A stretch of 64,000 nucleotides of DNA from a virus (IMGVR_UViG_3300037264_002389:10545-74544); one strand, 5' to 3'. Positions 19,993 to 30,081 are shown, counted from the stretch's first letter. Numbers and translations: made by a program. The notes: a model not told the origin generated them from the letters alone.

Positions 19993-22914
19993 TTGGAGTC
20001 ACTAATGCCTCTTAAATGGCAATTATGGGATCGAGTCCGCGCTTTTATGCGGCAAGCTCAGATCTACAGAACCGATAATTTATATCAAGACCAAGAGACA
20101 ATCGACAAGATAGTATATGGAGGACAATTTCTTGACTTTAGTAAACAATCGGCTCTATTTGAACAGACCAGTCTACAGATAAATCGTCTGGAGCGCTATA
20201 AAGATTATGACATGATGGACGAAGTAGGTGAAGTCAGTCTAGCACTTGACATGTACGCGGACGAATCAACATTAATTGATCCAGAACGAAAGCACTCAAT
20301 AATAGTAAAAGCCAAGCGTAAGGGTCTCAAGAAAATTGTAGAAGATCTATTATATAACACATTAATGATTGACAGAGAAATTAGACCATTGGTACGTTAC
20401 CTATGCAAATATGGCGACTTTGTATCAGAAATTATACCAACTAAGAACCGCGATGGAGTTGCATCATTCAAATTCATGAACGTCTATAATTTCACACGAG
20501 TTCAAACCAAATATGGTGATCTAGTCGGTTTCTATTACCAAGACGCCGGTCTAGCAGAACCACAATTCTTACACCCATGGCAAGTAATGCACCTAAGACT
20601 TACAAGTTATGAAACTGTGTATCACCCTTACGGGCGATGTAGCGCACTGTGCAGCACAGTGTGCACACCAACTGGTTATAAATTATTGAAAGATATTCAG
20701 AAAGGTGATCAAGTATATTCGTTTGATCTTAAGACACAAAAACCAGTTATTACTACCGTTCTTGATAAGGTCTTAAATGGCAAGAAGAAGACGTTAATTA
20801 TTAAGACTAAACATCGTTCAATTCAAGTTACACCAGAACACCCAATGTTGGCTATTATTAAGAATAATTATATTTGTGAAGAACAATTATGTAGAGGTAC
20901 CGACCGCAATAAGCCACATATTCGTAGGCAACATAAGAGAGATATTAAAACTAAACAGTATGTTTTAGCACAAGATCTGGTCAGAAATGATAAACTTGTA
21001 CTTCCGAAGCTACACAATCCTGGGGTTGATATTCCAATTGAATCATACAAAATTGCACAACAATATGATGGTAAGAGAATGTGCTTCCCGCAATATGTTA
21101 CTGAAAATTTTGCTAGATTGATTGGTTTTTTGATTGGTGATGGTTGGGTCCCAAATGGAGGTAGGACATTATGTTTTGCAGAAGGTGAATATCAAGAATT
21201 AAATAATAAATATATTAGTATTATTAAATTATTTAATTATGAATCAGAACCATATCGGCATATTATCAAGGATAAAAATGGGCAAGAAAAGAAACATGGT
21301 TATTTCACATTTAACTCCATAGAATTAGCTCAGACAATAGTTAATATGGGTCTTGTTGGTCGCTGTTATGAGAAACGTATTCCTAAATGGGTGTTTGTTG
21401 CTAAGGAAGAAATTAAGAAGGCATTTATTGAAGGGTTGGTCGATGCAGATGGTTCAACAAATATTGATGAATGGGATTGTGAGCGATATCAAATTGAATT
21501 AACCTCAGAAGAGTTAGTGAAAGATCTGAAGGTCTTATTAGATCAAATGAATATTAAGTGTGGGAATATTAGCAAGCGTAATCGCTCTGATCCGATTGTT
21601 GTGTTTGATGGTGAAGAATATGAACGTCGTGATTCATGGATTGTGTATTGGTATGATGCTAAGATGCCATCAGGTGATTTAATGCATATGGGTAAGCGTA
21701 GGACGAAGTACGACAATTCATCTGATGACTATCTGGTTGAATCTATCCTATCGATAGAAGACGGTGGCGAGGTTGAAGTTGGTGATATCCAGGTTTCAGA
21801 GCATCACAACTTCGTGGCCGATGGTGTTGTTATCCACAATTCGATGTTAGATGGTGGTCGTAAGGATTTCAAACGTCTTAGACTGATGGAAGATGCCGCG
21901 CTTGTCTACAGGCTGACCCGCGCCCCCGAAAAGCGGATTTTTAGTATTCCAGTTGGTAATATTCCACCTAAGGAAGTGCCACAATATATTGAGTTGCTTG
22001 CTCGTCAGATGAAGAAGCATAAGTTCGTTGATCCTGCTACTGGTCAAGTTAATGAGCGTTATAGTCCACTAATTCAAGATGATGATTTCTGGTTGCCTAA
22101 GAGAGCTGATGGCACCGGCCCAACTATTGATACTTTACCGGGTGCTGAGAACCTTGATCAGATTGCTGATATTGAATATTTCAAGAAGAAGATGGTGGCT
22201 GGATTAAAGATTCCGTTTAATCGGGTTGGTATTGGTGAACCAGCTGAGGCCGATGGACGCTCATTGGCTTCTGTTTCACCTGAGTTTGCCAAGGCGATTC
22301 AATGGGTACAGCGTGAAGTGGTAATGGGTATTAAGAAGATTGTGCTTGTTCATTTGGCACTTCGTGGGCATTCTGTTGACGATCTTAGCAGTTTTGATTT
22401 GTCAATGACCGCCGCAAGTGCGATCGATGAGTTATATCGTATTGAAACATGGAATACTAGATCTGATATTATGAAGAACCTGAAGGAGCTTGGCTTCTTC
22501 CCTGATGAATGGATTGTTGAGCGCTTTACGGATATGTCGCCAGATGAAATTGCGCTTATGAAGAAGCAGAAGGGTGTTATTGCGCCGGATGAAATGAAGG
22601 CTGAAGATGTACAAGATGATGAAACTCGTGATCTAATTCTTGAGTATAATAACTTGCGGCCACACAGAGAATTACAGATTGATAATAGACATGATGTTAT
22701 AATATTTGCACCACAGTTCTATGTTAATGCTAAGGAACTTGATGGTTTGAAGAATAAGGATGGCAAGTATATTGTCGAAAGTAGTGTTGCAGAGGACGAT
22801 GCAACCGCAGTTAAAAAAGAGACGCGTAATTTATTGATGGAGGAAGCTGGTCACAAATCAGTTGAAGTTGATAGTGTTGTTAAGCAAATGGACGATGTTC
22901 CTACAAAAGAATAA
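19993..22914 (+). CDS. portal protein (gp20-like) interrupted by an intein
   Basis: 973 aa; about 580 aa remain without the intein, consistent with T4 gp20 size. Lies directly downstream of terL and upstream of the prohead protease. Confidence 0.8.
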   Translation: MESLMPLKWQLWDRVRAFMRQAQIYRTDNLYQDQETIDKIVYGGQFLDFSKQSALFEQTSLQINRLERYKDYDMMDEVGEVSLALDMYADESTLIDPERKHSIIVKAKRKGLKKIVEDLLYNTLMIDREIRPLVRYLCKYGDFVSEIIPTKNRDGVASFKFMNVYNFTRVQTKYGDLVGFYYQDAGLAEPQFLHPWQVMHLRLTSYETVYHPYGRCSALCSTVCTPTGYKLLKDIQKGDQVYSFDLKTQKPVITTVLDKVLNGKKKTLIIKTKHRSIQVTPEHPMLAIIKNNYICEEQLCRGTDRNKPHIRRQHKRDIKTKQYVLAQDLVRNDKLVLPKLHNPGVDIPIESYKIAQQYDGKRMCFPQYVTENFARLIGFLIGDGWVPNGGRTLCFAEGEYQELNNKYISIIKLFNYESEPYRHIIKDKNGQEKKHGYFTFNSIELAQTIVNMGLVGRCYEKRIPKWVFVAKEEIKKAFIEGLVDADGSTNIDEWDCERYQIELTSEELVKDLKVLLDQMNIKCGNISKRNRSDPIVVFDGEEYERRDSWIVYWYDAKMPSGDLMHMGKRRTKYDNSSDDYLVESILSIEDGGEVEVGDIQVSEHHNFVADGVVIHNSMLDGGRKDFKRLRLMEDAALVYRLTRAPEKRIFSIPVGNIPPKEVPQYIELLARQMKKHKFVDPATGQVNERYSPLIQDDDFWLPKRADGTGPTIDTLPGAENLDQIADIEYFKKKMVAGLKIPFNRVGIGEPAEADGRSLASVSPEFAKAIQWVQREVVMGIKKIVLVHLALRGHSVDDLSSFDLSMTAASAIDELYRIETWNTRSDIMKNLKELGFFPDEWIVERFTDMSPDEIALMKKQKGVIAPDEMKAEDVQDDETRDLILEYNNLRPHRELQIDNRHDVIIFAPQFYVNAKELDGLKNKDGKYIVESSVAEDDATAVKKETRNLLMEEAGHKSVEVDSVVKQMDDVPTKE
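20662..21840 (+). mobile_element. intein with two-motif LAGLIDADG homing endonuclease
   Basis: N-terminal Cys candidates at 20638, 20650 and 20662, so the start is uncertain. LAGLIDADG blocks LIGFLIGDGW and IEGLVDADGS. Ends VVIHN (HN at 21835-21840) followed by Ser at 21841 as the +1 residue. Confidence 0.8.
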
Positions 22915-23007
22915 TGTCTACAATCAAATCTAAATTTAGATGATCGATAAATCCTTGCCCTGATGTAAAGATAGGGCAATTGGAAATCGAGTTAAGGGGA
23001 ATTACTC

Positions 23008-26000
23008 ATGGCACAGCCAATCAATCGTATTGACAATATTATCGAGATGGATGCCCGCAAGTTCTTAAGAATGCTTAATTCAGGGGCACCAAGTCAAATT
23101 ACAATCTTTAGTGAACGCGTTCAGGCCATGGGCGAGAAGATTGGTCGGAACTGGCAGTTGGTATCACTTGATAGCACTAGCATCATAATTGAAGACAAAG
23201 GCAATCACACCTATTATTGTGCCAGCATTGAACGTTTAGCTCAAGGTCGTGTCAAAATTGCGAATCCAAGACCAATTAAGATTACAGAATCAGAAAAACC
23301 CGAAATGTTCCACAAGAATGTTGTTGAGTTGATCGAAGCGATTGAGGATGAAGATACAAAGAAAGCCGATAGCTGTTTTAATCGTATCGCCCATCAACGC
23401 TTTCGGTCCAAGGTAATACCTGAGTCTGGCTTCATTACGACCTTAGACGGAATCTCACGATACATTCCGGTATCGAAGACTATTGTAAGTGAGAAATGTA
23501 AGCCAGAGATTATCAAGAAGATCTGCGAGGCATTAGTCGATACAGTCAAGGTTACTCGTGGACGTATCGTAGAGGCAGTATTCAATGAGAAGCCAGTTCA
23601 ATTCCCAGTAAGTGAATTAACTCGTAGACGTGTAGTTGCTCGATGCATGAAAGATGTTGCGAGCAAGGCATATACCTCCGAAGGATTCCAGAATCGGATT
23701 AAGCACATTGCGTCATTAGTCTGTGATGGCAAGATTAAAGAAGCGGTTCAGAATGCAATCGAGTTCTTGAAGGAAGAGCAAGAATTTTCTTTACTAAATC
23801 TTGCCGAGACACAGACACTGACCGCCAACACTCTGGCGGCAGTTGGTAGCTTTAATGATAAGTTAGCAGAAGATGTTGGAAAGCTCTTCTATAGGACTAA
23901 CTGCACAATCAACAAAGACAATATTATTAAAGAATGGCGAGAAGTGGCTAGAATGACCGAATTTGCGCCATTTGTTGAGAACGTTCATAAGCTCGCTGAA
24001 TCAAAGGACTTCGAGAAAGATTACCCAATATTCCTTGATGTTATATTCAATGAGGACATGACTACTAAAGCGGCGAAGGCCAAGATGTACCTCAATGCCC
24101 TCAAGGATATGCGTAATATCCTAGCCAATAGTGATGTCGATCAGGAATTGACAGAGTCAATTGATGAATATATCGTCAGACTTGAACGTTCCGCAGATCA
24201 TATTGATGATGCGACCTTAATGGAAATCGAAGAATTGGTAGCATCAACATCTGAGAATCTGCTTAATGATGTGAATAGTTTAGCTGATTATGATTCAATT
24301 CCTGAACCAAAAGATGCTGAACCAGAAACATTTGGTGATCAGGATCTTGGCGGAGCTGCTGGTGCGGGAGCTGGTGAAGGTGGCTTATCACTCCCACTGG
24401 GTGGCGAGGAGTCGGCAGCCCCTGAGGGTGGTGAGGGTGGTGAGGGTGGTGAGGCTGGTGAAGGTGGTGGTGAAGGTGATGAAGGTGAGGGCGAAGAAGG
24501 AGCTGGAGAGGAAGCAGAGGATATTCTCAAGGCCTTTGAGTCTAAAAAGACAAAGGGCACACCCATCTCAGAAATGGGCACGACAACAGCTAATATAGCT
24601 GTTGCGCCTCATGGACGGGTGGCCGAAGATAAATGCTCGAAATGTGGCGGCATGATTCAGGATGAAGTTTGTTCAGAATGTGGCCATGTGGCCGAGGATG
24701 AACTTGAGAAATATGAAGCCAAGTTATCGACTGCTGTTGCTTCTCTCAGTGAAGAACAACTTACGATTGAATTGAAGGAATGGCAGAAGAATCATAAGAA
24801 GTTCTTTGCAGAGGACGGCAATGAAAAGGCGGCTCGTACCCTTAAGGTTTACATTCTACATGCCAATAAGTTAAAGTCGAATGGCTTGGTAGAGAGTTTC
24901 AAGCAGATTCTGTTTGAGAACGTTGAGCCAGATCTGTCAGAAGTCAAGACTGATCCATATGCTTACAAGGCACCAAAAAATACCAAGATCGGTCACACTT
25001 ATAATAGTCTGAAAGAAGACCATGCCGAAATGCCGGGTAAGATGAAGCAGAGTAAAGAAGGTGGGCAAGTTGGTAGTAAGGAGACTGCCAAAGGCAATGC
25101 AATGGGCTGTGGCGGCGAAGAGGATCAGAATGTCGCCAAAGATGCAGGACATAAGGGCGCTCTTCTCAAGAAGGGTACTAAGACAGCTGCCGAAGATATT
25201 ACTTGCCCTGAATGCAAGCGTAATTCTGATCTTGCTGAATGCATGACAGCAGATGGTGCAGCCTGTCCACATTGTGGTGCAGATGTAACCGAGTTAATGA
25301 TTGAAGCCCTTGAAATTAAGGAGAACATCAAGGGTGCCGGTCATAAGATGGATCGGATTGATGGAGACAAGGGCAGTGTTGCTAAGACTACTGCTACTCA
25401 GTCAAATGGTGCCCGTGTTGGTGGTAGTGCTGATGGTATGGATGGTCAGGATGGTAAGGGAGTTACTGGTAGAGGTACATCTCAAAATGATGGACGAGGT
25501 GCAGGCGGCAAAAAAGATGGTATGGATGGTCAGGATGGTAAAGGAGTAACTGGTGCCGGGATGGGCAAGAGTGATGGTAAGTCTGGTGGATCTGCCGCTA
25601 AGGGAGTTGATGAGGATCAATATAAGAGTGGTATTAAACGTCGCCGGATGGCTTTCCCAGGTGCTGGTCGTGCAGCAATAACTAAGTCGGAGGCGACTAC
25701 CCCTAAGAATATGATTGAGGCTTTTGGCGATGAGTTAGGTGATAAATCGCTAGATGACGATATGCCTGAGGAGCCAGTAGGTGGCGCTATGGAGGGGCCG
25801 GTTGAGGAGCCGATGGAAGAGCCGATGGAAGAGCCGATGGAGGAGCCGATGGAGGGTGGTGCTATTGGCTCTCCATCTACGACTGTTACTGTCACCGGTT
25901 CTGAAGAGACTGATGATGGTCGTTCTAAGTCTCAGTCGGTTACTTGGACCACACCCGATACCGTTGATGATGTTGTAAGCAAGATTGCGGCTAGTCTTGA

Positions 26001-26538
26001 ACCTGAGATGGGTGGGCTTGATATGGGTGAAGAGCCTGGTGAGGGTCTGCCAGGTGAGGGTCTGCCAGGCGATGAGGGCTTGCCAGGTGGCGAGGTTCCA
26101 GAAGATGACATGATGCCACCAGATGAAGACGAAATGGAATTGCCTGGTAGTGAAGGCGAAGAGGGTGGTGAAGAGGGTGGTGAAGGGGGCGGACCACCTC
26201 CTGGTATTACGGAGCCAGAAGAAGGTGAGGGAGAGGAAGAAGAGGAAGAGGAAGAAGAGGTAGAAGAAGGTAAACTACCAGCTCACTTAAAGAAATTTAA
26301 ATTTGGTAAGAAGAAAGATGATTCGTCAGATGATGAATCAGATGAATCAGACGAATCATCGAAAGATGCCGTAAAAGAAGACAATAATATTGGTAAGCCA
26401 ACCGATAAGGGCCACGATAGTGTTGAAACCGCTCGTAAGGATGGCGGTGGCAAGCAGATGAATCCGAAGCCAAAATGGTCCGATAAGGACTATGATGGAA
26501 CTAAAGGTGCAAAGACAGCTAAGAGTGGAGATAAGTAA
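23008..26538 (+). CDS. very large acidic low-complexity protein with two Cys4 zinc ribbons (candidate prohead core or internal protein)
   Basis: 1176 aa; GEGGEGGEAGEGG, DGMDGQDGKGVTG x2, (EEPM)x4, EEEEEEEE runs, DESDESDES. CSKCGG...CSECGH and CPECKR...CPHCG zinc-ribbon pairs. Occupies the gp67/gp68/IP position. Confidence 0.6.
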   Translation: MAQPINRIDNIIEMDARKFLRMLNSGAPSQITIFSERVQAMGEKIGRNWQLVSLDSTSIIIEDKGNHTYYCASIERLAQGRVKIANPRPIKITESEKPEMFHKNVVELIEAIEDEDTKKADSCFNRIAHQRFRSKVIPESGFITTLDGISRYIPVSKTIVSEKCKPEIIKKICEALVDTVKVTRGRIVEAVFNEKPVQFPVSELTRRRVVARCMKDVASKAYTSEGFQNRIKHIASLVCDGKIKEAVQNAIEFLKEEQEFSLLNLAETQTLTANTLAAVGSFNDKLAEDVGKLFYRTNCTINKDNIIKEWREVARMTEFAPFVENVHKLAESKDFEKDYPIFLDVIFNEDMTTKAAKAKMYLNALKDMRNILANSDVDQELTESIDEYIVRLERSADHIDDATLMEIEELVASTSENLLNDVNSLADYDSIPEPKDAEPETFGDQDLGGAAGAGAGEGGLSLPLGGEESAAPEGGEGGEGGEAGEGGGEGDEGEGEEGAGEEAEDILKAFESKKTKGTPISEMGTTTANIAVAPHGRVAEDKCSKCGGMIQDEVCSECGHVAEDELEKYEAKLSTAVASLSEEQLTIELKEWQKNHKKFFAEDGNEKAARTLKVYILHANKLKSNGLVESFKQILFENVEPDLSEVKTDPYAYKAPKNTKIGHTYNSLKEDHAEMPGKMKQSKEGGQVGSKETAKGNAMGCGGEEDQNVAKDAGHKGALLKKGTKTAAEDITCPECKRNSDLAECMTADGAACPHCGADVTELMIEALEIKENIKGAGHKMDRIDGDKGSVAKTTATQSNGARVGGSADGMDGQDGKGVTGRGTSQNDGRGAGGKKDGMDGQDGKGVTGAGMGKSDGKSGGSAAKGVDEDQYKSGIKRRRMAFPGAGRAAITKSEATTPKNMIEAFGDELGDKSLDDDMPEEPVGGAMEGPVEEPMEEPMEEPMEEPMEGGAIGSPSTTVTVTGSEETDDGRSKSQSVTWTTPDTVDDVVSKIAASLEPEMGGLDMGEEPGEGLPGEGLPGDEGLPGGEVPEDDMMPPDEDEMELPGSEGEEGGEEGGEGGGPPPGITEPEEGEGEEEEEEEEEVEEGKLPAHLKKFKFGKKKDDSSDDESDESDESSKDAVKEDNNIGKPTDKGHDSVETARKDGGGKQMNPKPKWSDKDYDGTKGAKTAKSGDK

Positions 26539-27248
26539 TGTTAGCGACTATGAAACCTAGAATTGATCGGGATAAGGTCTTCTACACGGGCCTTATTCCC
26601 GATGGTTATCAATTAATTCAAGATTCACGACCACTTAAGGTTCTAGACATTAAGCGTGGTACGATATCCGAAGAAAGAGATGGTAAGAATTTCGAAGTAC
26701 CAGTAATGCGTGTTGTTGGTGTATTCCAAAGAGCCAATGAGAAGAATGCTAATGGCCGGATCTACCCTAAGTCTGTTCTTGAATCAGCGGTTAAATCCAT
26801 ACAGTCTGCAATTAAAGAACGCCGAGTAATGGGTGAGTTTGATCACCCACCAGATGCTAAGATCCATCTTGACCGTGTATCGCATCTCATTACTAACTTG
26901 TCGATGGATGGAAATAATGTGGTTGGTGAAGCAGAAGTCATGAATGATGATCGGATGCCATGTGGTTCAATGTTAGCTTGTCTATTGGAACGTAAGGTTC
27001 AAGTTGGCGTATCGTCTCGTGGTGTTGGTGAGATGGATCTAACTAGACATGAAGGTGAAGATGCATACGAAGTTCAAGAGGGTTATGCATTAGTAACTTT
27101 CGATACGGTTGCCGAGCCTTCAGTGTCTGGGACACAATTGAAGGTGATGGAAGAGAGTTTAAACCGCCATAAGTTGAATTCCAGGCAGTTCCGCGTGATG
27201 CGTGAGCGCCTGTTAGTAAGAGAATTGAGGAAGTACCTGGTTAGTTGA
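26538..27248 (+). CDS. prohead core protease (T4 gp21-like)
   Basis: NEKNANGRIYPKSVLESAVKSI vs gp21 VNRNKRLYPKRILEKAVKDY; GEFDHPP vs GELNHPP; GVSSRGVGE vs GVSSRGLGS. Confidence 0.85.
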   Translation: MLATMKPRIDRDKVFYTGLIPDGYQLIQDSRPLKVLDIKRGTISEERDGKNFEVPVMRVVGVFQRANEKNANGRIYPKSVLESAVKSIQSAIKERRVMGEFDHPPDAKIHLDRVSHLITNLSMDGNNVVGEAEVMNDDRMPCGSMLACLLERKVQVGVSSRGVGEMDLTRHEGEDAYEVQEGYALVTFDTVAEPSVSGTQLKVMEESLNRHKLNSRQFRVMRERLLVRELRKYLVS

Positions 27249-27290
27249 CGATACCCTTAGGCAAAAATAATTTTCGAAGGAGATCGGAGC

Positions 27291-28013
27291 ATGGACAAGA
27301 TCATCGGCCTTTTGAAGCAGCTGGGAGCTTCCGATCAGCTATCTAAGTCAGTTGTAAGCGAGCTGAATGCGTGGAGAGCTGCTGAAGAAAAAGCGCTCAA
27401 CGAGAATTATGAGCGCAAACTAGTCAAGGCTAAACAAGCTTGCCTAGAAGCAGTTGAGAGTTATAAGGCCGATATTGCTAAGCGAATTGAGATCTTCCTT
27501 GAAGCACGAGTAAACACGATCAATCGGGAAGCGCAGAAGCAAGCCGCTGTGGGTGAATCCGAGGCAGCCAGGACACTGAGAGGGGTAAAATCCCTCATTG
27601 AAGGTGTCAAAATTGACTTGCCAGAGGGGAACCAGGTTGCGGTGGAAGAAACCAAGAAGCTGCGCGTCATGGTTGGTCAGCTGCAAGAGAAGCTTGAAGC
27701 ATCCGAACAGTCCAAGCGACATGCTAACATCATCGCTCGCAAACTGCTCGAACGTAACAAGCTCCTCGAAGCCAAGGGTGGCGCAGTAACAGAAGATAAG
27801 ACTGTAACTGAGTCAACCGAAGCCAAAAAGACAGAGCGACTTGAGGATCTTCGTGCTAAGAGCGAAAATCCTAAAACCACTAGGCCAGCAGCGGTTGAAA
27901 CCATTGCTAAGCCGAGTGTCAAGTCAACTGTCTCTCAGCAAGCTGGCGACCAAGATGTAATGGCAATCGCCGAAGGACTTGATGGAAGTCCGGCGTTGGT
28001 AATCACCGAATAA
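27291..28013 (+). CDS. prohead scaffold protein (gp22-like)
   Basis: 240 aa; Ala/Glu/Lys-rich coiled-coil character; sits between protease and capsid genes; GC-rich like the capsid gene. Confidence 0.6.
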   Translation: MDKIIGLLKQLGASDQLSKSVVSELNAWRAAEEKALNENYERKLVKAKQACLEAVESYKADIAKRIEIFLEARVNTINREAQKQAAVGESEAARTLRGVKSLIEGVKIDLPEGNQVAVEETKKLRVMVGQLQEKLEASEQSKRHANIIARKLLERNKLLEAKGGAVTEDKTVTESTEAKKTERLEDLRAKSENPKTTRPAAVETIAKPSVKSTVSQQAGDQDVMAIAEGLDGSPALVITE

Positions 28014-28038
28014 GGCCCCTAAACCTGGAGAAGTAACA

Positions 28039-29619
28039 ATGCGGAATGCAACCCGATCAGGCGTCCCGGCACACGCCAGTCACTACGCTGGTGCTCTGAC
28101 CGAAGAACGCCGAGTAGTTCGTGACCAGCGCCTCATGCTGGAAGGTAAGAAAAACAAGCTCGTGAATCGCTGGAACCCAGTCCTCCGCAAGTGCTTGGAG
28201 ATACCGGCTCAGAAGTTTGGCCTCATGGCTGCTATGCTGGAAAACCAGTACGCAGCTTGGGACCCAAAGAACCGCAGCGCCATCTTTGAGGAAGCAACCA
28301 CCACAGGCAACATCGCTGACTTCACCCGATTTGCGCTCCCACTCATCCGCAAGAGCTACCCACGGCTAATCGCTGACAACTTGGTCGGCGTGCAGCCAAT
28401 GAGCAGCCCAGCTAGCTTGATCTTCTACATCCGGTATCGCTACGCCATTAGCAAGGGCCAAACGATTGCCGGAACGCAGATCATGCGCCAGAACACGGCG
28501 CAGCAGTTCAGCCGTCAGAACGGTTGGGCACTTGATCCATACTACAGCAGCCAGACCGTCAAGGGTGAAGAACTCACCATTAGCGGCGGTGGTGCAGTAA
28601 TCAGCGGCACTCTGGCCCACAAGCCAGTCCTCGCCGGAACAGTTGTTGTCAACGTCTTCCTCGAAGACGACGACAACTGCGAAGATCCAACCCCATGTCT
28701 CCAAGTCACCTTCGATGCCAACGGGAATCCAGATCTAGTCCTGGTTGGTGAATCGACGGACTGCCCAGACGTGACGGTTGACACCAGCACGACCGGTGCC
28801 ACGGTCTTCGACCACACCACTGGTGAAGTAACCATCACGCTCTCGGCTGGTTCCTTCGCTGGAACAGCAATTGCTCGCGCTGATTACGAGTTCGATCTGG
28901 AAAATAATCCTTTTCAGCCAGAACTAACTCTGTCGATCGACAGTGATTCAGTCTCAGCCGTAACTCGTAAGCTCAAGACCACCTGGTCCCTCGAAGCGGC
29001 CCAGGACCTCAAGAGCGTTCACAACATCGATGCCGAAGGCACCCTCACCGACCTGATGGCCGATGAGATCGTAGCCGAAATCGACCGCGAAATCATCAAC
29101 GATCTAATCATCGCGGCCTCGATCCGAGCTACGCACAACTTCGGTACCGCTGCCGGTGCATCAGTGAACTTCACAGACCGCAACATCGCGCTCCTCTACA
29201 AGGTGCTCGAAGTCGCCAACGTGATTCACCGCACCACCCTCCGTGGACCAGCCAACTGGATGGTAACCAGTGCTGATATTGCCTCGAAGTTTGAGCAGCT
29301 GAATGACTTCCGAGGCTCTGATGCACTGGCTCAGGACGGAATCGATATCGGCATCATGAGCGCCGGTACGATTCAGGGCAAGATCAAGCTGTACAAGGAC
29401 CCGTTGTTCCCGAACTGCAAAATCCTCCTTGGCTTCAAGGGGAACTCGGTTCTGGATGCGGGTTACTTCTACGCACCGTACATCCCACTCCTGAGCACCC
29501 CAACGGTCCTCGATCCCAATAGCTTCACGCCAAGCAAGGGTGTAATGACCCGCTACGGCAAGAAGTTGATTGAGGATGGAGGTCTTTATTACGGGGTAAT
29601 CACGGTTTCGAATTTGTAA
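28039..29619 (+). CDS. major capsid protein (T4 gp23 family)
   Basis: LVGVQPMSSP vs gp23 CGVQPMNSP; SLEAAQDLKSVHNIDAEGTLTDLMADEIVAEIDREIIN vs SIELAQDLRAVHGMDADAELSGILATEIMLEINREVVD; AGYFYAPYIPL vs AGIYYAPYVAL. Confidence 0.92.
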   Translation: MRNATRSGVPAHASHYAGALTEERRVVRDQRLMLEGKKNKLVNRWNPVLRKCLEIPAQKFGLMAAMLENQYAAWDPKNRSAIFEEATTTGNIADFTRFALPLIRKSYPRLIADNLVGVQPMSSPASLIFYIRYRYAISKGQTIAGTQIMRQNTAQQFSRQNGWALDPYYSSQTVKGEELTISGGGAVISGTLAHKPVLAGTVVVNVFLEDDDNCEDPTPCLQVTFDANGNPDLVLVGESTDCPDVTVDTSTTGATVFDHTTGEVTITLSAGSFAGTAIARADYEFDLENNPFQPELTLSIDSDSVSAVTRKLKTTWSLEAAQDLKSVHNIDAEGTLTDLMADEIVAEIDREIINDLIIAASIRATHNFGTAAGASVNFTDRNIALLYKVLEVANVIHRTTLRGPANWMVTSADIASKFEQLNDFRGSDALAQDGIDIGIMSAGTIQGKIKLYKDPLFPNCKILLGFKGNSVLDAGYFYAPYIPLLSTPTVLDPNSFTPSKGVMTRYGKKLIEDGGLYYGVITVSNL

Positions 29620-29644
29620 ACCGTAGTACAGTCCGTCGTCCCTT

Positions 29645-29678
29645 AAACGGCCAGGCTAATCACCTGGCCGTTTTTGTA
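29645..29678 (+). terminator. rho-independent terminator after the capsid gene
   Basis: aaacggccagg-ctaatca-cctggccgttt hairpin followed by TTTTT. Confidence 0.8.
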
Positions 29679-29895
29679 TCTATACTTCTGTATTTAAAAA
29701 CTGCTATATGGCAAGGGTGGCCAACTTCGTGTTGGGAATGTTGCTTGGCGTAGGGTTGATGGCGAGGTTGAGTTGAGTTTGATTCCTGATTTTATTGATA
29801 AAGTTAAGGATAAGTGTGGGTCGCTTAGGGACGCTTTTGCTTAGATGGTGTATATCTTCTTGACTTTCTACCTTCTGATATAATGAGTAATAGAG

Positions 29896-29925
29896 AGGAG
29901 GTAATTAAATATGCCTGATGATATG
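29896..29925. repeat. 30-bp direct repeat, copy 1 (aggaggtaattaaatatgcctgatgatatg)
   Basis: Exact copy again at 30080-30109. Confidence 0.9.
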
Positions 29926-30081
29926 AACGAAAAACGTAAGCAGGAGAATAATAGTAAACTTCTTTCTATAATAGAAGATTCTGAATGTAAATTATCCTTA
30001 ATATATATATTTGTTTTTGGAATTCCATTTTTAATTTTATTGATTAAGATATTATTTGATATTTATACTTATAATAAATAG
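29911..30081 (+). CDS. 56-aa AT-rich small membrane peptide (MPDDMNEKRKQ...FGIPFLILLIKILF)
   Basis: Perfect RBS aggagg 8 nt upstream; hydrophobic C-terminal half; very AT-rich unlike its neighbours. Confidence 0.4.
   Translation: MPDDMNEKRKQENNSKLLSIIEDSECKLSLIYIFVFGIPFLILLIKILFDIYTYNK

Noticed and set aside
22921-23007. ttgccct...agggcaa hairpin after the portal gene as a terminator
   Set aside because: The stem is only 7 bp with an 11-nt loop and no U-tract. Transcription most likely reads through into the head genes.
24339-24581. Minus-strand ORFs (24339-24581, 25617-25895, 25991-26197) with Pro/Ser/His-rich products inside the acidic repeat gene
   Set aside because: They are reverse-complement translations of the GAG, GGT and GAA tandem repeats, lie fully inside a well-supported + gene, and have no RBS.
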